Counted from the first letter of the stretch, positions 8,842-18,458 are shown. The stretch: DNA of 64,000 nucleotides from an uncultured bacterium (GCA_963813815.1 CAWFAD010000011.1:194285-258284), one strand, 5' to 3'. Translations and numbers: made by a program. Notes: generated from the letters alone by a model not told the origin.

Positions 8842-9440
8842 TCACGCCGGCTTGCGCAGCGGGATAAGGGGCCGGATGGCGTTACCGAGATAATATCCGA
8901 GATGTATCGTCACCATCGAGATGAGCGACGCGGCGACCGCGTCGGTGAGAAGGTACGATCGAATTTCCGCCCAACCGTCCGTGCCCCAGGTTCCGTCGCG
9001 GAGAACGAACGCGGCCAGAATCGCGAAGATCGCATACGATACGTAGACGATGACCGGCGCGGCTAGGGTCCTCTGCAACGCGCTGCAATCAAGGCGTCCT
9101 TTGAACGTCGAGTAGGCGATATCGAAAACGATCCCGTTGATCATCACCGCGGCGACCTGGCAGGGAAAGAAATTGTCTGGAGGCGGTCTTGAACAGGCCG
9201 GCGATGATCGCCATGATGACGACCGAGCCGGGGAAATGGACCACGCGCTTGGATGCGTAAAGGATAATGATGCCGAGCCCGTAGAGCAGGGCCGATTTGT
9301 GCTCCACCCCCACGGCGCGCAAAGCGTCCCGTCCGAAAAGCTCCAGCATGCCGAATACCGCCCCGAACATGAGCACGAACAGGAGCTTCCTCAAGGCCTG
9401 CCGCGGCGCCTCGAGCGCCCGCATCTTTATTGTCCGGCAC
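8842..9440 (-). CDS. Six-TM membrane protein resembling an ECF transporter S component; frameshifted
   Basis: Joining ORFs 9089-9424 and 8842-9147 gives about 195 aa with six hydrophobic helices and PGS..MAIIAGL / GIVFDI motifs. SD GGAGG precedes GTG 9440. Confidence 0.55.
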
Positions 9441-9487
9441 TCGCCACCTCCGAAAATCGACCGTCAGAGCTCAAGCCAATTGTCGCA

Positions 9488-9515
9488 ATAATAGCACAAT
9501 CTCCCTTTGCGTAAA
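9488..9515 (-). promoter_or_regulatory. Candidate sigma70 promoter of the AOR cassette
   Basis: TTTACG-N16-TATTAT with an extended TG, about 45 nt upstream of the first gene. Confidence 0.4.
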
Positions 9516-9559
9516 GAAAAATTAAGCTATGTCTTACAAGGGGATCAGCCGGATCGATA

Positions 9560-11851
9560 TCAGCGAAGCAAAATCATTTTCTTCGCGAACGTCCGTTTGC
9601 CGACGGTGAGCCGGTAGAAATAAACCCCCGACGACGCCGTCCTCCCGTCGCCGTCCCGACCGTCCCACTCGATCAGGTGATGCCCCGCGCCAACCGGCTC
9701 GTCGACGAGGCGAGCCACGAGACGCCCCCCGATGTCGTACACATCAAGGCGCACATGATCGCGAGCCTCGATAGCAAATCCGATCGAAGTCCGGGGATTG
9801 AACGGGTTCGGAACGTTTTGATCGAGCGCGAGCCGCGCGGCGAGGGTTCGCACCGTCATCTCGGTCGAGCGGATCTCCCGCCCGTCCGACGTCACGGCCG
9901 CGATGACGTAGAGGTAGTCCCGCCCGGGCTCGATCGAGCGGTCGTCGTAGCTTCGCGCCTGCGGAAGAAGGAGGACGGATGTGATGCACGAAAATTCTTC
10001 CCCGGGCGTCGAGCGATAAATCCGAAAACCGTCGAGCGCCTCGTCCGCGAACGTCTCCCAGCGAAGCGCCACGACGCCATCCATCGCATCCGCCGCGACC
10101 GTGGCGAAGGCGACGGCAACGGGAATGTACTCTCCGAATTGCAGACCGAGACTGCTCCCGTTCCCCGCGGACAAACCGACGAAGTCCTCATTCGGCACGG
10201 AAACTGCGAGCTCGCCGGATGCGCTCCTTCCCCATGCCACGATGGTGCCGTCAGCTTTAAGACCGATACTGTGGTACGATCCCGCGGAGATTGCGGCGAA
10301 ATTATTATTCGGCCAAGGAACGCTGCATTGACCCACGGCATTATCGCCCCATGCCACGATTGTGCCATCACGCTTGAGCCCGAGGCTATGATTCGCCCCG
10401 CCAGAAACGGAAACAAAATTCGCGTTCGGACCGGGAACGTCGCACTGACCGTAATCGTTGCGCCCCCAAGCCGCGATGGTGCCGCCACTCCTCAAGCCCA
10501 GGCTGTGAGAGAGGCCCGCGGAAATCGCCACGAAACCCTCGTTCGGCAACGGAATTGTGCACTGACCATCGTAATTCAATCCCCAGGCCACAATCGTGCC
10601 ATCGGACTTTAAGCCCAAGCAGTGATAGACGCCCGCGCCAACCGCCACGAAACCCTCGTTCGGCAACGGGACCTCGCACTGATGATAGTAACTATTCCCC
10701 CATACCCGAATTTTGCCGTCAGACCCAAGACCCATGCTGATTTCCGATCCGCAGTCAACCGCGACGTACCACGCCGTCCCGCCGCTCAGCGGCCAAGGGA
10801 CGTTGCATTCGCCATTGGGATTGTCGCCCCAGGCGATGAGCCTGCCGTCGTACTTGAGACCCAAAAAGTGGTAAGTCCCGCACGCAACCGCTCTGAAACC
10901 CTCGTTCGGCGCGGGAACATTGCACTGACCATAGTCATTGAGCCCCCAGCACACGACGGAGCCGCTCGATTTGAGTCCGAGGCAATGAGCATCTCCTCCT
11001 GAGATCGCGATGAAATTCTCATTCGGCTCAGGAACGCTGCACTGGCCGTAGGCATTGTAGCCCCAGGCCACAATTACGCCGTCGGACCTTAAGGCCATGC
11101 AGTGAAGGGCGCCCGCGGAAATCGCCACGAATTTCTCGTTCGGCGCGGGAACGTCGCACTCGCCGTAAGTGTTGCTTCCCCACACCACAATCGTCCCATC
11201 CGACTTGAGACCCATGCTGAAATGTCCGCCCGCGGCAATCGCTACGAAATTCTCGTTCGGCAACGGGACCGTGCATTGACCATAATAAGTTTCTCCCCAC
11301 GCCACAATCGTCCCATCCGACTTGAGACCAAGGCTGTGCCACGATCCCCCGTCAATCGCTACAAAATCCTCGTTCGGCAACGGGGCCGTGCATTGACCAT
11401 AATAATTTTCTCCCCATCCCACAATCGTCCCATCCGACTTGAGACCCAGGCTGTGAAAAAAGCCCGTAGAAACCGCAACAAAATTCTCGTTCGGCGCAGG
11501 AACGTCGCACTGGCCGTAATAGTTGCTTCCCCACGCCACAATCGTCCCATCCAACTTGAGACCCAGATTGTGCCTACTGCCCGCGGCGATCGTCGCAAAA
11601 TCTTCGCCCGGCAACGGGGCGGTGCATAAGCTGCGCATTCCCCACCCCACAAGCGATCCGTCGGATTTGAAACAGATGCTGTGAGATCCGCCGGCGGCGA
11701 TCGCCGTTATCCCTTCGAGAGCCGATTGCTCCACCGCAATACGACGACCCCAGCCGACGATACCCCCTCCGACCTGAGCGAATGCGCCGCCGATGCCGAG
11801 CATGGAAACCGAGACAACGACCAAGCCCAAGAAAACGCATTTCGATCTCAT
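9560..11851 (-). CDS. Secreted RCC1/BLIP-II repeat beta-propeller protein with C-terminal FlgD-Ig sorting domain
   Basis: SD GAGGTGG, signal peptide, 14 repeats of about 39 aa (KSDGTIVAWGxNxYGQCxVPxPNExFVAIxAGxxHSLGL), an FnIII-like segment, then QNVPNPFNP...SGVYFYRL...KMILLR. Confidence 0.88.
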   Translation of the reverse strand: MRSKCVFLGLVVVSVSMLGIGGAFAQVGGGIVGWGRRIAVEQSALEGITAIAAGGSHSICFKSDGSLVGWGMRSLCTAPLPGEDFATIAAGSRHNLGLKLDGTIVAWGSNYYGQCDVPAPNENFVAVSTGFFHSLGLKSDGTIVGWGENYYGQCTAPLPNEDFVAIDGGSWHSLGLKSDGTIVAWGETYYGQCTVPLPNENFVAIAAGGHFSMGLKSDGTIVVWGSNTYGECDVPAPNEKFVAISAGALHCMALRSDGVIVAWGYNAYGQCSVPEPNENFIAISGGDAHCLGLKSSGSVVCWGLNDYGQCNVPAPNEGFRAVACGTYHFLGLKYDGRLIAWGDNPNGECNVPWPLSGGTAWYVAVDCGSEISMGLGSDGKIRVWGNSYYHQCEVPLPNEGFVAVGAGVYHCLGLKSDGTIVAWGLNYDGQCTIPLPNEGFVAISAGLSHSLGLRSGGTIAAWGRNDYGQCDVPGPNANFVSVSGGANHSLGLKRDGTIVAWGDNAVGQCSVPWPNNNFAAISAGSYHSIGLKADGTIVAWGRSASGELAVSVPNEDFVGLSAGNGSSLGLQFGEYIPVAVAFATVAADAMDGVVALRWETFADEALDGFRIYRSTPGEEFSCITSVLLLPQARSYDDRSIEPGRDYLYVIAAVTSDGREIRSTEMTVRTLAARLALDQNVPNPFNPRTSIGFAIEARDHVRLDVYDIGGRLVARLVDEPVGAGHHLIEWDGRDGDGRTASSGVYFYRLTVGKRTFAKKMILLR
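10150..11760 (-). repeat. Intragenic tandem repeat of about 117 bp (RCC1-like blades)
   Basis: Recurring CCACAATCGTCCCATCCGACTTGAGACC and CTCGTTCGGC blocks at 117-nt spacing. Confidence 0.9.
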
Positions 11852-12088
11852 CTTTACCACCTCTTTGTCCCCATCGCCGCCGAATGGCTGCAAATCAGGG
11901 TCGCGCCGGCGCAAAACGGCCGAAGCGAAACGTCTCCCTCGCAATAATTATTTGATTGAGCAACCCGTAGTTAGTTTATCAGATTCGGCGCAGATTATCA
12001 ATCTATAACGCCGCATGAGAAGGACGACGCCAATAGCACTCCGAAGACGAGGTGGCCCCCGCCAAAGACGGGCAAGCGATTGAAAAAA

Positions 12089-12165
12089 TGGTGCCCCCGA
12101 GACGATTCGAACGTCCGACAAACGGTTTAGGAAACCGCTGCTCTATCCATCTGAGCTACGGGGGC
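12089..12165 (-). tRNA. tRNA-Arg(CCT)
   Basis: Cloverleaf GCCCCCG...CGGGGGC-A-CCA, anticodon loop TT-CCT-AA, T-loop GTTCGAATC. Confidence 0.96.
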
Positions 12166-12209
12166 ACATCTTTCAACGCGCGGCCGCGCGGGGCCGCTCC
12201 GATCCGACA

Positions 12210-12728
12210 CTAGAACCGGAGCAGGCTCCAGACGCTCCGCCCCGGAAGATTCTTCCTGCCCTCGAGAGCCGCGAGCTCGATCACGAACGCGAGCTCCTCG
12301 ACGACCCCTCCCTGGCGCTCGATGAGACGCGCCGCGGCCGCCGCGGTTCCGCCCGTCGCCAGCAAATCGTCGACGATGAGGACCCGCTCTCCGGCGGAGA
12401 TCGCGTCGACGTGCATTTCGATCGTCGCGTCGCCGTACTCCAGGGCGTACGTCTCCGCTATCGTCCGCCAGGGGAGCTTTCCCGCCTTGCGGAGCGGAAC
12501 GAGCCCCATCCCCAGCCGGTACGCGAGAGGCGCGGCGAATATGAAGCCCCTCGATTCCATCGCGGCGATCTTGTCTATCCGGCGGCCCCTGAAGCGATCG
12601 TGCAGCTCGTCGCAGATCCGCTGGAAGGCTCCGGGATCGAGGAGTGCCGGAGTTATGTCCTTGAAGACGATCCCCGGTTTCGGGAAATCCGGCACATCCC
12701 GTATGTAGCGATCGAGCGGTTCGGGCAC
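12210..12728 (-). CDS. apt: Adenine phosphoribosyltransferase
   Basis: DFPKPGIVFKDIT, ESRGF, RKAGKLP, LEYG and VDDLLATGGT; SD AAGGAG before GTG. Confidence 0.96.
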   Translation of the reverse strand: MPEPLDRYIRDVPDFPKPGIVFKDITPALLDPGAFQRICDELHDRFRGRRIDKIAAMESRGFIFAAPLAYRLGMGLVPLRKAGKLPWRTIAETYALEYGDATIEMHVDAISAGERVLIVDDLLATGGTAAAAARLIERQGGVVEELAFVIELAALEGRKNLPGRSVWSLLRF

Positions 12729-12730
12729 CG

Positions 12731-13576
12731 TCACTCCTTTCGGCCGGGCTTCGATCTCCGGCCGCTGGTCAGCAGAAGCCTCAGCTTTCGCAACGCGCGC
12801 AGCTCGAGCTTGCGGACCCGCTCGCGCGAGACGTGAACCAGGGCCCCCGTCTCGGCGAGGGTATGCGGCTCTCCGTCGTAGAGGCCGTACCTGATTCTCA
12901 GTATGAGCCGCTCGCGGTCGGAGAGGCGTTCGAGAAGCTTCTCGAGATTCTCCGACTCTATCTGGCGCAGAACGACCTGCTCCGGCCCGTCGAATTGCCC
13001 TTCCGCGGCGGGGGCGGAGCGCGAGAACTGTTCGTACGCGTCGAGGCTGCTCGCCAGATCGAGCGCCCGGATGTTCCCCACGAGCCTCTCGAGCATCCGG
13101 TACCGCTTGAGCGAAATATTGAGCTTCCCGGCCCGCTCGCTCTCCGAGAGGCGCTCGATCCCCGGCTCCTGCTCGAGCGCTATGTAGCGCATCGTCAGAT
13201 GAAACACGTGGATCGGTATGCGGATCGTGCGCGACTGCTCCGCTATCGCCCGCACGATCGACTGCCGGATCCACCAGGAGGCATAGGTGCTGAAACGGAA
13301 CCCCCTGTCCGGATCGAAACGGCTCACGGCCTTGATGAGCCCGAGATTTCCCTCCTCGACGAGGTCGAGGAGCGGCATTCCCGAGGAGGAATACCCGCGC
13401 GCTATGGCGATCACGAGCCTCAGGTTCGCGAGAATGAGGCGCTTGCGCGCCTCGGCGTCCCCTTCGCGCGCGGCGCGCGCCAGCGCGAACTCCTCCGGGG
13501 CCGTGAGCAGCGGATAGCGCCCGATATCGGCGAGGTACCGCTGCTCGAGGCTGCCGCTCTCCCCATTCGCCGTCAT
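12731..13576 (-). CDS. Group 2 sigma70 factor (RpoS-like)
   Basis: ANLRLV, DLVEEGNLGL, FSTYASWWIRQ and SRERVR; lacks region 1.1; surE-pcm-M23-sigma synteny. Confidence 0.92.
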   Translation of the reverse strand: MTANGESGSLEQRYLADIGRYPLLTAPEEFALARAAREGDAEARKRLILANLRLVIAIARGYSSSGMPLLDLVEEGNLGLIKAVSRFDPDRGFRFSTYASWWIRQSIVRAIAEQSRTIRIPIHVFHLTMRYIALEQEPGIERLSESERAGKLNISLKRYRMLERLVGNIRALDLASSLDAYEQFSRSAPAAEGQFDGPEQVVLRQIESENLEKLLERLSDRERLILRIRYGLYDGEPHTLAETGALVHVSRERVRKLELRALRKLRLLLTSGRRSKPGRKE

Positions 13577-13586
13577 GCACCTATTA

Positions 13587-14162
13587 TTACGGCGAATGAG
13601 TCGCCGAATCAAGGCAAAGGTGCGGCGACGGATCGATTGCGCGCCCCAGATGCCGGACCTCGAAATGGAGATGGACCCCGCTCGCCCTTCCCCGCTTCCC
13701 CGCCCGGCCGATTCTCTCCCCCGCCGATATCCCCTGTCCCGCGCGCACCGTGAGGTACGATAGATGCGCATAGAGGGTCGAAACGCCGTCCGGATGATCG
13801 ATGATCACGGCGGTGCCGTATCCGCGCCGCCGTCCGGCGAAGCGAACCGTTCCTGCGCAGGCGGCGTATATTGCCTCACCCCGCTCCGCGTCGATATCCA
13901 CGCCCTCGTGCGGCCGCCCTCCGCCTCCGGAGGATCGCGGCCGGTATCCGAAGCCGCTCACGATCCTATCGCACCGCCAGCCCTTGACGGGAGGGCTCAG
14001 GGCTATGGAGATCGCCCGAGCCGAATCGCCTGCCGTCGCCCGCGCGGCCGCTGCGCCGCTCTCCGGCATTGCGCGGCCCCCGGGGCGATACTTCGGCGCG
14101 CTCGCGCACGAGAGGGCGCACGCGAGAGCCGCCGCCAGCGCGGCGGCCGCTCCGAGGCGCAT
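13587..14162 (-). CDS. M23 family peptidase lipoprotein (NlpD-like, no LysM)
   Basis: Lipobox ALSC; HEGVDI, YAHL and HLHFEVR motifs. Confidence 0.9.
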   Translation of the reverse strand: MRLGAAAALAAALACALSCASAPKYRPGGRAMPESGAAAARATAGDSARAISIALSPPVKGWRCDRIVSGFGYRPRSSGGGGRPHEGVDIDAERGEAIYAACAGTVRFAGRRRGYGTAVIIDHPDGVSTLYAHLSYLTVRAGQGISAGERIGRAGKRGRASGVHLHFEVRHLGRAIDPSPHLCLDSATHSP

Positions 14163-14261
14163 ACGGGACGCCGAGACAAGGGCGTTCCCTCGATCGGCGC
14201 GCTCCGAAAAGTGCCGTGCGTTCACCGTGCTTGCCTATCCCGGATTACCGAAGAAGATAAA

Positions 14262-14339
14262 TGGTCGGGGCGAGTGGAGTTGAACCACCGACCTCCTGGT
14301 CCCGAACCAGGCGCGCTAACCGGGCTGCGCTACGCCCCG
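14262..14339 (-). tRNA. tRNA-Pro(CGG)
   Basis: CGGGGCG acceptor stem, anticodon arm CCTGG-TT-CGG-GA-CCAGG, encoded CCA. Confidence 0.96.
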
Positions 14340-14378
14340 ACCTGCAGGGTGTTAAGATAACACGCGGGCGCCCCAATC

Positions 14379-14888
14379 TCAACGGAATTTATCGAGGCCG
14401 CCGAAGAGGAACGCGCTCGAGATGACTCCGAGGCAAACGAGCGTCACGATGACGGCTGCGATGAGGATGCCGAGGGCGATCGACGGTATCGCGAGCCTCA
14501 TTGGAATGCGGAAAATAAAGGCCGCGATGCACCCCGACCATGCCCCCGTGAGGGGCAGCGGCACGCCGACGAAGAGGGCGAGGCCGATCGCTTCGAATCG
14601 CTCGATGACGGCGCTCCGACTCTTCGTCCGGTTGAAGGCCCAGGTGAAACAGCGGTTCCAAAACGGATAGCGCATGAGCCGGTGAGAGAAATATTCGAGG
14701 AAAAGGAGAAACGGGATCACCGGGATGAAGTTCCCGATGATCGCGATCACGACCGCCTCGCGCCACGGCATCTTCGCGGCGAATATCGCGTACGGAATGG
14801 CGAGACGCAGCTCGCCGATCGGCGTCATCGCATAGAGCAGCGTCAGTATCCTCTGCGACGCGATGGAGAGCGCGAGAAACGTCGGCAT
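14379..14888 (-). CDS. Small multidrug-export-like membrane protein (COG2426)
   Basis: PIGELRLAIP and FVGVPLPLTGAWSG motifs. Confidence 0.85.
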   Translation of the reverse strand: MPTFLALSIASQRILTLLYAMTPIGELRLAIPYAIFAAKMPWREAVVIAIIGNFIPVIPFLLFLEYFSHRLMRYPFWNRCFTWAFNRTKSRSAVIERFEAIGLALFVGVPLPLTGAWSGCIAAFIFRIPMRLAIPSIALGILIAAVIVTLVCLGVISSAFLFGGLDKFR

Positions 14889-15530
14889 CTAGGCGTCTCC
14901 CTTTAGCAGCGGCACGAAGGCGCACCTCGCGATGCGCCGTTCGGTCGTCGCGCCGTTCTCCTTGACGAAGAGCACGAGATACTCGGCGCTTTCCCCGATC
15001 GGCGCGATGAGCCGCCCCCCCTCGGCGAGCTGATCGAGGAGATGCTCCGGACGCTCGCCCATCGAAGCCGACACGAGGATGCGGTCGAACGGGGCGTAGC
15101 TCTTCCATCCGAGCGAGCCGTCGCCGAGCTTGACGCGGATGCTCCCCGCCGGAATCCGCGCGAGCGATTCCTCGGCCTTGGCGAGGAGGGGCTCTATGCG
15201 CTCGATCGAAAAGACGTCCCGCGCGAGTTGGGCGAGAATCGCCGTCTGGTAGCCCGAGCCGGTGCCGATTTCCAGCACGCGGCTCTCGCGGGCGATGCCG
15301 AGCGCCTGCACGACGAAGGCGATCGTATACGGCTGGGAGATCGTCTGCTCGTACCCGATGGGAAACGAGCAGTCGTCGTAGGCACGGATGCCGAGAGCCG
15401 TGTCGACGAAGGCGTGGCGTGGCACGGCGAGGAACGCCTCGAGCACGCGCTCGTCCGTGATCCCGCGGGCGACGAGCTGCTCGGCCACCATGCGGCGACG
15501 CGCTATGGGATAATCCGTCACCGGTTCCAT
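14889..15530 (-). CDS. pcm: Protein-L-isoaspartate O-methyltransferase
   Basis: VPRHAF, QTISQP, VLEIGTGSGYQ and FVPL. Confidence 0.95.
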   Translation of the reverse strand: MEPVTDYPIARRRMVAEQLVARGITDERVLEAFLAVPRHAFVDTALGIRAYDDCSFPIGYEQTISQPYTIAFVVQALGIARESRVLEIGTGSGYQTAILAQLARDVFSIERIEPLLAKAEESLARIPAGSIRVKLGDGSLGWKSYAPFDRILVSASMGERPEHLLDQLAEGGRLIAPIGESAEYLVLFVKENGATTERRIARCAFVPLLKGDA

Positions 15531-16282
15531 GCCCCTTCGAGCTCCTCGAGCGCCTGCATCCCCTGGTAGTCCGTGAGGTCGATGCGGAGCGGCGTCACCG
15601 ACACGAAGCCGGCGCTCACGGCCGCGAAATCGCTGTTTGCCTCCGTGCTCCAGCCGGGCTCTCCCCCGCCGATCCAGAAGTAGTCCTTGCCGCGCGGGTC
15701 CTTTTTCCGAACGATGATGTCGTTGTACACGCGCGAGCCGAGCTTGGTGACCTTGATCCCCTTGATGTCCGAGCTCGCTATGGCCGGCACATTGACGTTC
15801 CACAACGCCGTGCGCTCCCCCCTCCATGCGAGCAAGCGGCGGGCGAGCGTCTCCGCCGCGGCCGAAGCGCCGTCGAATTGCAGCTGCGTCCACGAGACCA
15901 GCGATACGGCCATCGCGGTGATGCCGAGGATGCATCCTTCGAGCGCGGCCGCGACCGTGCCCGAGTAGTGCACGTCCTCCCCCATGTTCGGCCCGTGATT
16001 GATTCCGGAAACGACGAGATCCGGTTTGCGATCCAGAATGCTGTGAACCGCCGCGAGCACGCAGTCGGTGGGGGTTCCGGAAACGGTGTAACGGTTCGCG
16101 GCGAATTCCTTGATGCGAAGGGGCTTGTCGAGCGTTATCGCGTGGCTCGAAGCGCTCTGCTCGAGCTCCGGGGCGACGATGACGATCCGTCCGAGGCGCT
16201 CGAGGGCCCGTTCGAGCGAGCGCAGCCCCTCGGCGGCGATGCCGTCGTCGTTTGTGAGCAATATCGTGGGGCCGTCGCTCAT
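15518..16282 (-). CDS. surE: 5'/3'-nucleotidase SurE
   Basis: LLTNDDG, GTPTDCV, SGINHG.N and YSGTVAAA. Confidence 0.96.
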   Translation of the reverse strand: MSDGPTILLTNDDGIAAEGLRSLERALERLGRIVIVAPELEQSASSHAITLDKPLRIKEFAANRYTVSGTPTDCVLAAVHSILDRKPDLVVSGINHGPNMGEDVHYSGTVAAALEGCILGITAMAVSLVSWTQLQFDGASAAAETLARRLLAWRGERTALWNVNVPAIASSDIKGIKVTKLGSRVYNDIIVRKKDPRGKDYFWIGGGEPGWSTEANSDFAAVSAGFVSVTPLRIDLTDYQGMQALEELEGAWNR

Positions 16283-16319
16283 GCGATCCTCCGCTCCGCG
16301 CGAATGGGAAGAGGGGAGA

Positions 16320-16997
16320 TTACCAGAAGAAGCTCCGGAAAACCAGCGATAAGAAGCGGATCGTGTCCCGCGCGGGATGAATCGCGCTTCGCTCGCTTCC
16401 GTAAATCGTTCTCACCGGCACCGACGAGATGCGGGCGCCGGCCCGGCTCGCCTTGATGATGAGCTCGCTCTCGATCTCGTACCGGTTCGTCACGAGGCGG
16501 ATCCGGCGGAGGAGAGCGCAGGCGGCGAGCCGGTAGCCGTTTTGCGTGTCGGAAACCCGCTGCCCCGCGATGGAACCGATCACGAACGAGGTGACCCGGT
16601 TCGTAAGGACGCGGATGGCGGGCATCTCCCCCTTCGCTCCCATGCGATCGCCGATCAAGAGCTCTCCCTCGCCCCGGTCGAAGGCCTCGACGAAGCGGGG
16701 CACCTCGGCCGGATCGTGCTGCCCGTCGGCGTCGAGCATGACGATCGCGACGACCCCCGGCAGCGACAGGGCCGTCTCGAGACCGGTCCGCAGCGCGGCC
16801 CCCTTCCCCCGGTTCGACGGATGCCGCACGACGACTACCCCCGAGCGCGCGGCGACCGAGGCGGTATCGTCGCTCGATCCGTCGTCGACGACGACGATGT
16901 TGCGCACGGGAATGTTGACGGCGAGGCCGCCGAGGACCTCCGCGACGTGAAGAGCGGCGTTATAGGCCGGCACGACGGCCGCTATGCGATCATACAT
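16320..16997 (-). CDS. GT2 family glycosyltransferase (DPM1-like)
   Basis: VPAYN, VDDGSSD, NRGKG, DADGQH and DTQNGYR. Confidence 0.92.
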   Translation of the reverse strand: MYDRIAAVVPAYNAALHVAEVLGGLAVNIPVRNIVVVDDGSSDDTASVAARSGVVVVRHPSNRGKGAALRTGLETALSLPGVVAIVMLDADGQHDPAEVPRFVEAFDRGEGELLIGDRMGAKGEMPAIRVLTNRVTSFVIGSIAGQRVSDTQNGYRLAACALLRRIRLVTNRYEIESELIIKASRAGARISSVPVRTIYGSERSAIHPARDTIRFLSLVFRSFFW

Positions 16998-17832
16998 GCT
17001 CCGGCTCCTCCCAGACGTGATCGAAGGCGAACCACTGGTCGGGATGCGCGCGGACGAACTCTTCGACGCGATCGAGGCAGGAGGCGGCGATCGCCTCGAT
17101 CGATCGGGGGGGATCCCCCGTTTCGACGGGAGGGCCGATGATCCCCTCGATACGCCCGTCGGCCGCGTAATATGAGCAGCACGGCAAGAGCGGCGCTCCC
17201 GTCCGGAGCGCGAGGACCACGTGTCCCCGCGGCACGAGCGTCTCCTCGCCGAGGAAGCTCAGACGGAGCCCTCGGTGCGAGAAATTTCTGTCGACCAGGA
17301 GGACGATCGGCTCCCCTCCCGCGAGCGCCTGAAGGAAGTTGACGGCGCAGGAGCTCGACGAGTAATCGACGACGCCCCAGGCGGCGCGCAGGGCGCTGAA
17401 GTAGAGCGTCACGCGCCTCGACGGATGCTCGAGGGCCACCGTGCTGATCCGGTAGCCGAGACTCGCGAAACGGGCCGCCGCGATCTCCCACGGGCCGAGA
17501 TGCGGCGCGAAGAGGATGGCTCCCTTGCCTCCGGCGAGCGCCCTGTCGAGGTGCTCGACGCCGCGTATGGCGCAGCGGCCGACGAGATCCTCGGGATCGA
17601 GGTGCGGCATCCGGAGGAGATCCCTCACGGCCCGCGAGAAGTTCCTGAACACGGGCCAGGTGTCGGGGGGGTCGATGCCGAGCCGCTCGAAGTTTCGTGC
17701 GACGTTTCGGCGCACGCGAGGCCTCGCCGCGTAGAAGCAGAACGCGATGCCGGTGGCGAGCGGCGCGGAAATGCGGTCGGGAACGACTCGAAGAAGCGCG
17801 GAAGCGGATCGATATAGGAGGTACGATATCAT
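16990..17832 (-). CDS. LpxL/HtrB-like (lipid A / PIM) acyltransferase
   Basis: HLGPWE, LLVDR, FLG and HPDQWF motifs. Confidence 0.88.
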   Translation of the reverse strand: MISYLLYRSASALLRVVPDRISAPLATGIAFCFYAARPRVRRNVARNFERLGIDPPDTWPVFRNFSRAVRDLLRMPHLDPEDLVGRCAIRGVEHLDRALAGGKGAILFAPHLGPWEIAAARFASLGYRISTVALEHPSRRVTLYFSALRAAWGVVDYSSSSCAVNFLQALAGGEPIVLLVDRNFSHRGLRLSFLGEETLVPRGHVVLALRTGAPLLPCCSYYAADGRIEGIIGPPVETGDPPRSIEAIAASCLDRVEEFVRAHPDQWFAFDHVWEEPEHV

Positions 17833-17849
17833 GTGACTATATAAATTAT

Positions 17850-17926
<77 letters not shown>

Positions 17927-18038
17927 ACCGCGGAATACAATATCACTCATTTTTCGATGAATACAAGGGAAAAGTGCCCACGTGGCGCCCATTCGCACGC
18001 ATTCCGGGCCGGCCGCCGGGCGCGGTGGAGAACCTCGC

Positions 18039-18404
18039 TCAGAGCGACTCGACGAGCTCGCGCAGGCGGACGAGATCCTTCCGCATCGACGAGATAACCC
18101 GTCGCTTTTCCGGATCGGCGAAGGGAATGCTGAGCTGCTCCGCTATCACATTGGGATCGTTGTTGAACTCCCGCAGCTTCCGCTTGGCGCCGTCGATGGT
18201 GAATCTCTTCTCGTAGAGCAGATTCTGAATGGCCATGAGCAGCTTGATGTCGCCGAGCCGGTACACCCTGTTTCCAGCTCTGTTCTTCTTCGGGTTGAGG
18301 GCCGGAAACTGGGATTCCCAGTACCGGAGAACGTGCGGCTTCACCTTGAGGAGGCCGCTCACCTCCCCGATCGAGTAATACAGCTTTTGCGTCGCCTTTG
18401 CCAT
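18039..18404 (-). CDS. MerR-family transcriptional regulator
   Basis: YYSIGEVS..HVLRYWE..F..L.P.K..GNRVY; the subfamily commonly found before tRNA-Pro. Confidence 0.92.
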   Translation of the reverse strand: MAKATQKLYYSIGEVSGLLKVKPHVLRYWESQFPALNPKKNRAGNRVYRLGDIKLLMAIQNLLYEKRFTIDGAKRKLREFNNDPNVIAEQLSIPFADPEKRRVISSMRKDLVRLRELVESL

Positions 18405-18458
18405 AGCCCCATCTCCCCCGGCGCCGGGCCGCGATGAGCTCCTCGACGCCTCGAATCG

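Noticed and set aside
10150..11760. 117-bp repeats as a CRISPR array or DGR target
   Set aside because: The repeats are in-frame coding units with no spacer structure. Variation is not evidently adenine-specific, and no RT or cas gene is in the window.
12051..12061. GGTGGCCCCCG as an att duplication of the tRNA-Arg 3' end
   Set aside because: Too short and imperfect, only about 30 bp from the tRNA, with no integrase.
12210..13580. Long N-terminal extensions on the apt, pcm, plsY, miaA, hisC and SDR ORFs
   Set aside because: Stop-free alternative frames of upstream genes; family motifs and SDs support internal starts.
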